From positions 1 to 19,467 of the forward strand of contig JAVZLK010000030.1 in assembly GCA_038883795.1 (NCBI GenBank): a stretch of DNA of 19,467 nucleotides, in the 5' to 3' direction. Positions 16,543 to 19,467 of the stretch are shown here, in pieces. The DNA comes from Candidatus Bathyarchaeia archaeon (GTDB lineage: Archaea; Thermoproteota; Bathyarchaeia; Bathyarchaeales; Bathycorpusculaceae). Positions within the stretch are counted from its first letter, which is position 1. Each line of letters opens with the position of its first letter. The notes below the pieces were generated by a model. That model made no database searches. It worked only from the letters and a program-made list of their open reading frames with translations, and was not told the DNA's origin. The position numbers and the translations under genes were made by a program.

Positions 16543-17684
16543 TGGATTTCTGCCACAGGATCTCGGGCGTGCTAAGGGCTGTCACACCTATCCACATTGG
16601 CTCAGGCTCTAGGACCGGAGTCATAAAGCACTCCAGAAAATTCATACCAGGGGCGGCGATTCGGGGCGCAGTCGGCACGGCTGTTATAAAGCTGGTCTGC
16701 AGGCGGAAAGCTCCCTTGGTCAGACACGAAGAATGCGAATATTTCAACGATTGTTTGTACGTTAGGCTTTTTGGAGAGGAGTACGGCAAACCCTCAAAGA
16801 TTTTTTTCAGGTATGCGTACCCCCTCCATTTAACCTGCGGAGGGGCATTCAGACCTACGCCGAAGACTCTATACAGGTGCAACAATCCTCAGTGCCGGAA
16901 GCTTTTCGAGTCCTTCCTTCCGATGGACGCCTGCGATCTGTGTGGGTCCACCGTTAAGCCTTTGAGGGGTTTCAGGTGCGACAAGTGCGGCGAGGTGGAG
17001 ACAAAGCCAGTTAGTACCTCCCGAATAACTTTGACTGCGGTTGAGAGAAAGAGCCTTTCTGCCGCGCAGGTGGGAGGAGGAGCCGGCACTTTACACTCGC
17101 TCGAGGTAATCTCGGCTGGCGCCAAGTTCGGCTTCGAATTGATGGTCTATGGGGCTAATGAAGAAGAGCTGGATGTGCTAAAGGAGATCATAGTAAGGGC
17201 TTTACCGGACGAAGGCCTTGGGGGGTCAAAGTCTAGGGGGCTAGGGAAGGTAGTAGTTGAAAACTTTAATATAAGCACCATCGGCGAGAGCGACCTGAAA
17301 GCGCGATCATCTGCCATAAATCCCAACCGATTCAGCGTAGAGGTCCTCTCGCCAACGGTATTAGAAGGCGACATACTTGATCCCTCGGTATTACTGGAGA
17401 GCATCAGGAGGGTCTACACGATGGCTTATCACGCAGGTAAGCCCGCTTTGCCATCCCTTGAACTCGAGAATTGGGCGGCCGAGGGTGAGACTTATACCGG
17501 TTGGTCCCTGAGATGGAACAGAAGGCGCGAGGTCAGACCAGCCCTTTCGGCAGGATCTATCTTCGAATTTCGGTCCAAGGTAGGGGGCATCGAACTAGCA
17601 ATGGGTCTTTCGGCGCTCGAAATGTATGCGATCGGTGGCTATAAGCCACATGGATGTGGTCAAATATTTGTAAAAAGCGCGTAG
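16542..17684 (+). CDS. csx10: Cas7-Cas5 fusion RAMP (Csx10-like) with Cys-rich insertion
   Basis: Two RAMP units: TPIHIGSG/IPGAAIRG/LGGSKSRGLG, then LSPTVL/LSAGSIFEF/IGGYKPHGCG. TGATG overlap with the upstream gene. Confidence 0.75.
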   Translation: MDFCHRISGVLRAVTPIHIGSGSRTGVIKHSRKFIPGAAIRGAVGTAVIKLVCRRKAPLVRHEECEYFNDCLYVRLFGEEYGKPSKIFFRYAYPLHLTCGGAFRPTPKTLYRCNNPQCRKLFESFLPMDACDLCGSTVKPLRGFRCDKCGEVETKPVSTSRITLTAVERKSLSAAQVGGGAGTLHSLEVISAGAKFGFELMVYGANEEELDVLKEIIVRALPDEGLGGSKSRGLGKVVVENFNISTIGESDLKARSSAINPNRFSVEVLSPTVLEGDILDPSVLLESIRRVYTMAYHAGKPALPSLELENWAAEGETYTGWSLRWNRRREVRPALSAGSIFEFRSKVGGIELAMGLSALEMYAIGGYKPHGCGQIFVKSA

Positions 17685-17720
17685 GGAGGTGTACAAAGCA
17701 GAGAGCCAGAGAATTTTTAG

Positions 17721-17793
17721 CGTGGGTTAGCCCGGATTTTTGTACCGATCCCCTGGCGTAACCGTCCGGCTAACGACGAAGGTAGACCAGGGA
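17721..17793 (+). other. Candidate structured RNA element (long hairpin with possible pseudoknot) between csx10 and the CARF gene
   Basis: CGT..GTTAG-C-CCGGA (17721-17736) complementary to TCCGG-CTAAC.ACG (17765-17778); loop CCCTGG (17751-17756) complementary to CCAGGG (17787-17792). Confidence 0.3.
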
Positions 17794-17892
17794 CTGTGCG
17801 AGCCATTGAGATTGTCAGAAAGGCACACCATCGAAATTTTCTGCGAAGTCGTTAAAAGGTCCGATCATCCCATTTATAACCGTGAAGATGCC

Positions 17893-19095
17893 TTGAAGGC
17901 CCTTGTAATTTCCGTGGGGACCGGGACCCTTGGAAGCGATGAAAACACTAAGGGTCTCGCTGAGGCGCTAGCCTACAGCGTGAGGCACCACTCGCCCGAT
18001 AAAGTATTCTTCGTAGTGACCAAGGAAAGTGCTGAGAAAACCTTGCCCAAGGTGCTCCAAGTATTGAAAGAGTTTGATTATGAGATAATTGAACTTAAAA
18101 GTCCGGACAACCTCCAACATATATACGACGAGCTCAGGGGCAAGATAGCAGCGATCAGGAGGAGCTACAGTTACTTTGTGGTAGACTTCACTTCTGGAAC
18201 CAAATCCATGACCGCCGCATTGGCAATTTTGGGCGCAATCTACGGTGCTAACGAACTTAGCTACATTTCGGGTAAGAGGCAGGGAGGAGTTGTCCAGTCT
18301 GGGACGGAACATATACTATCGATCCGCCCATATTTCATCATAGCTGAACAGAGGTTCATTATGGCTGTCGAGTTTTTTAATGCTTCCCAGTATGAGGCGT
18401 GTGCTTCGATTCTCAGAAATATTTTAAGTATGACAAGGGACCCCGACATCTTACAACGGTTTGAACCGATTTTGAGGCTCGCCGAAGCCTACGCGATGTG
18501 GGACAGATTCCAGCACCAAAAAGCCTTCGATGCTATCAGGGAAATAGGAATGAAAGAGATCGAAAAGAACAAACGATTCCTGGGCAAGTTATTGAACGCA
18601 TATTCTAAAGGGAAGGATGTGGAGCCATACATAATAGCCGACCTAATCAACAATGCCAGAAGGAGGGGAGAATGCGAACTAAAGTATGACGACGCCGTGG
18701 CGAGACTTTACAGGACGACCGAGCTAATAGCCCAATACAAGTTGAAGAGAGATCACCAAATAGATGCTTCGAAGGCAGATCCCTGCCAGATGCCGCCCGA
18801 ATTGATCTCAGAGCGGGGAATGAAGATCGACGGACCCATAAAACTCGGTCTGGACAAGTCCTATAGGCTCCTATTTTCGAAAGGTGACGAGTTGGGCAAG
18901 TATTACGTCGAAAACGAAGAATTAAGGGGATTACTCTCAAAGCGGAACCTTTCAATACTTGCTCACGGGATTGAGCCGGTGGATAGGAATACATACGTAA
19001 AACTTTTGGAATTTGTTACGCAATTAGCACATAAAACAGTTGAAGACCTTCACACACTACTTGAGGATTCCGCTTTCATAAAAATACTACAATAA
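17893..19095 (+). CDS. csm6: CARF-HEPN ancillary ribonuclease (Csm6-like, TIGR02710 family), ~400 aa
   Basis: KALVISVGTG and VDFTSGTKSMTAAL (CARF motifs), AYAMWDRF, DLINNARRR, YDDAVARLYR, RNLSILAHG (HEPN R-x6-H). TTG 17893 starts the first CARF strand, so the 51 extra residues in the track ORF (from 17740) are probably non-coding. Confidence 0.85.
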   Translation: MKALVISVGTGTLGSDENTKGLAEALAYSVRHHSPDKVFFVVTKESAEKTLPKVLQVLKEFDYEIIELKSPDNLQHIYDELRGKIAAIRRSYSYFVVDFTSGTKSMTAALAILGAIYGANELSYISGKRQGGVVQSGTEHILSIRPYFIIAEQRFIMAVEFFNASQYEACASILRNILSMTRDPDILQRFEPILRLAEAYAMWDRFQHQKAFDAIREIGMKEIEKNKRFLGKLLNAYSKGKDVEPYIIADLINNARRRGECELKYDDAVARLYRTTELIAQYKLKRDHQIDASKADPCQMPPELISERGMKIDGPIKLGLDKSYRLLFSKGDELGKYYVENEELRGLLSKRNLSILAHGIEPVDRNTYVKLLEFVTQLAHKTVEDLHTLLEDSAFIKILQ

Positions 19096-19203
19096 TTGCG
19101 AAGATCCTTCATCAAGTTTATCGGAAAAAAGATCTTCACGGAGCTTCAACCATTCTGATGAGAGAAATAGTTTTTTGAGAGAAAATCAAAAAATCAATAA
19201 AGC
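19096..19203 (+). promoter_or_regulatory. CRISPR leader
   Basis: 108-bp AT-rich non-coding stretch with A/T tracts directly before repeat 1; contains the inverted repeat GAAGATC (19100-19106) / GATCTTC (19131-19137). Confidence 0.65.
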
Positions 19204-19467
19204 GTAGCAATGACTCCAAAGAGGAAGAGCTAACTGAAACCAGAGATCTCTTTCGGGACGCTCACGTAGAGGTAGGGTAGCAATGACTCCAAAGAGGAAG
19301 AGCTAACTGAAACCACTTACCCTGTCCACAACTTTTCCGCATACCCTACGTAGCAATGACTCCAAAGAGGAAGAGCTAACTGAAACTTGCGTTCCAATAC
19401 TTCGAGGAGAATAAGGAGTTGCGTAGCAATGACTCCAAAGAGGAAGAGCTAACTGAAACAACCGTAT
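19204..19467 (+). CRISPR. CRISPR array, 37-bp repeat GTAGCAATGACTCCAAAGAGGAAGAGCTAACTGAAAC, truncated by window end
   Basis: Four identical repeats at 19204-19240, 19277-19313, 19350-19386, 19423-19459; three unique 36-nt spacers plus 8 nt of a fourth. The GAAAC 3' end and leader position give + orientation. Confidence 0.98.

Noticed and set aside
17682-17854. Readthrough of the csx10 TAG (and a second in-frame TAG at 17718-17720 just before the hairpin) to TAA 17852-17854
   Set aside because: The Cas5 G-rich loop followed by a short strand is the natural C-terminus, and the extension looks non-protein-like.
17740-17892. 51-aa N-terminal extension of the CARF protein given in the ORF track
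   Set aside because: CARF proteins normally begin at the first beta strand (KALVISVG); TTG 17893 is the more plausible start.
2553-18994. Numerous 60-220 aa ORFs antisense to or overlapping the long genes (e.g. 14230..14898, 10656..11102)
   Set aside because: Ser/Phe/Leu-rich reverse-frame artefacts lying over well-supported CDSs.
19241-19467. Self-targeting of spacers against genes in this window
   Set aside because: No matching sequence found by eye; an exact alignment was not possible.

Overview
Probably archaeal DNA (BRE/TATA-like promoter, GGAGG/GGTG ribosome-binding sites, frequent AGA/AGG and ATA codons) that is almost entirely a defence island. Left edge (minus strand): a secreted Zn-dependent phospholipase C/P1-nuclease-fold + lamin-tail-domain gene interrupted by one in-frame TAG. 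Then a more AT-rich block (~1.0-13.4 kb) with a solo PD-(D/E)XK-like nuclease, a small Zn-ribbon protein, a three-gene SNF2 helicase-DUF3883 / DUF1156 adenine methyltransferase / DUF499 ATPase restriction-like operon, and two EVE/PUA-like reader-nuclease fusions on the opposite strand. Right part (more GC-rich): a very compact type III (III-D-like) CRISPR-Cas locus: 631-aa Cas10 with HD and GGDD intact, a Cas11-like small subunit with an extra C-terminal alpha/beta domain, one Cas7, a Cas7-Cas5 (Csx10-like) fusion with a Cys-rich insertion, a CARF-HEPN nuclease, a leader and the first four 37-bp repeats of a CRISPR array that runs off the window. No cas1/cas2/cas4/cas6 are visible. All family calls come from reading motifs by eye, not from database searches.
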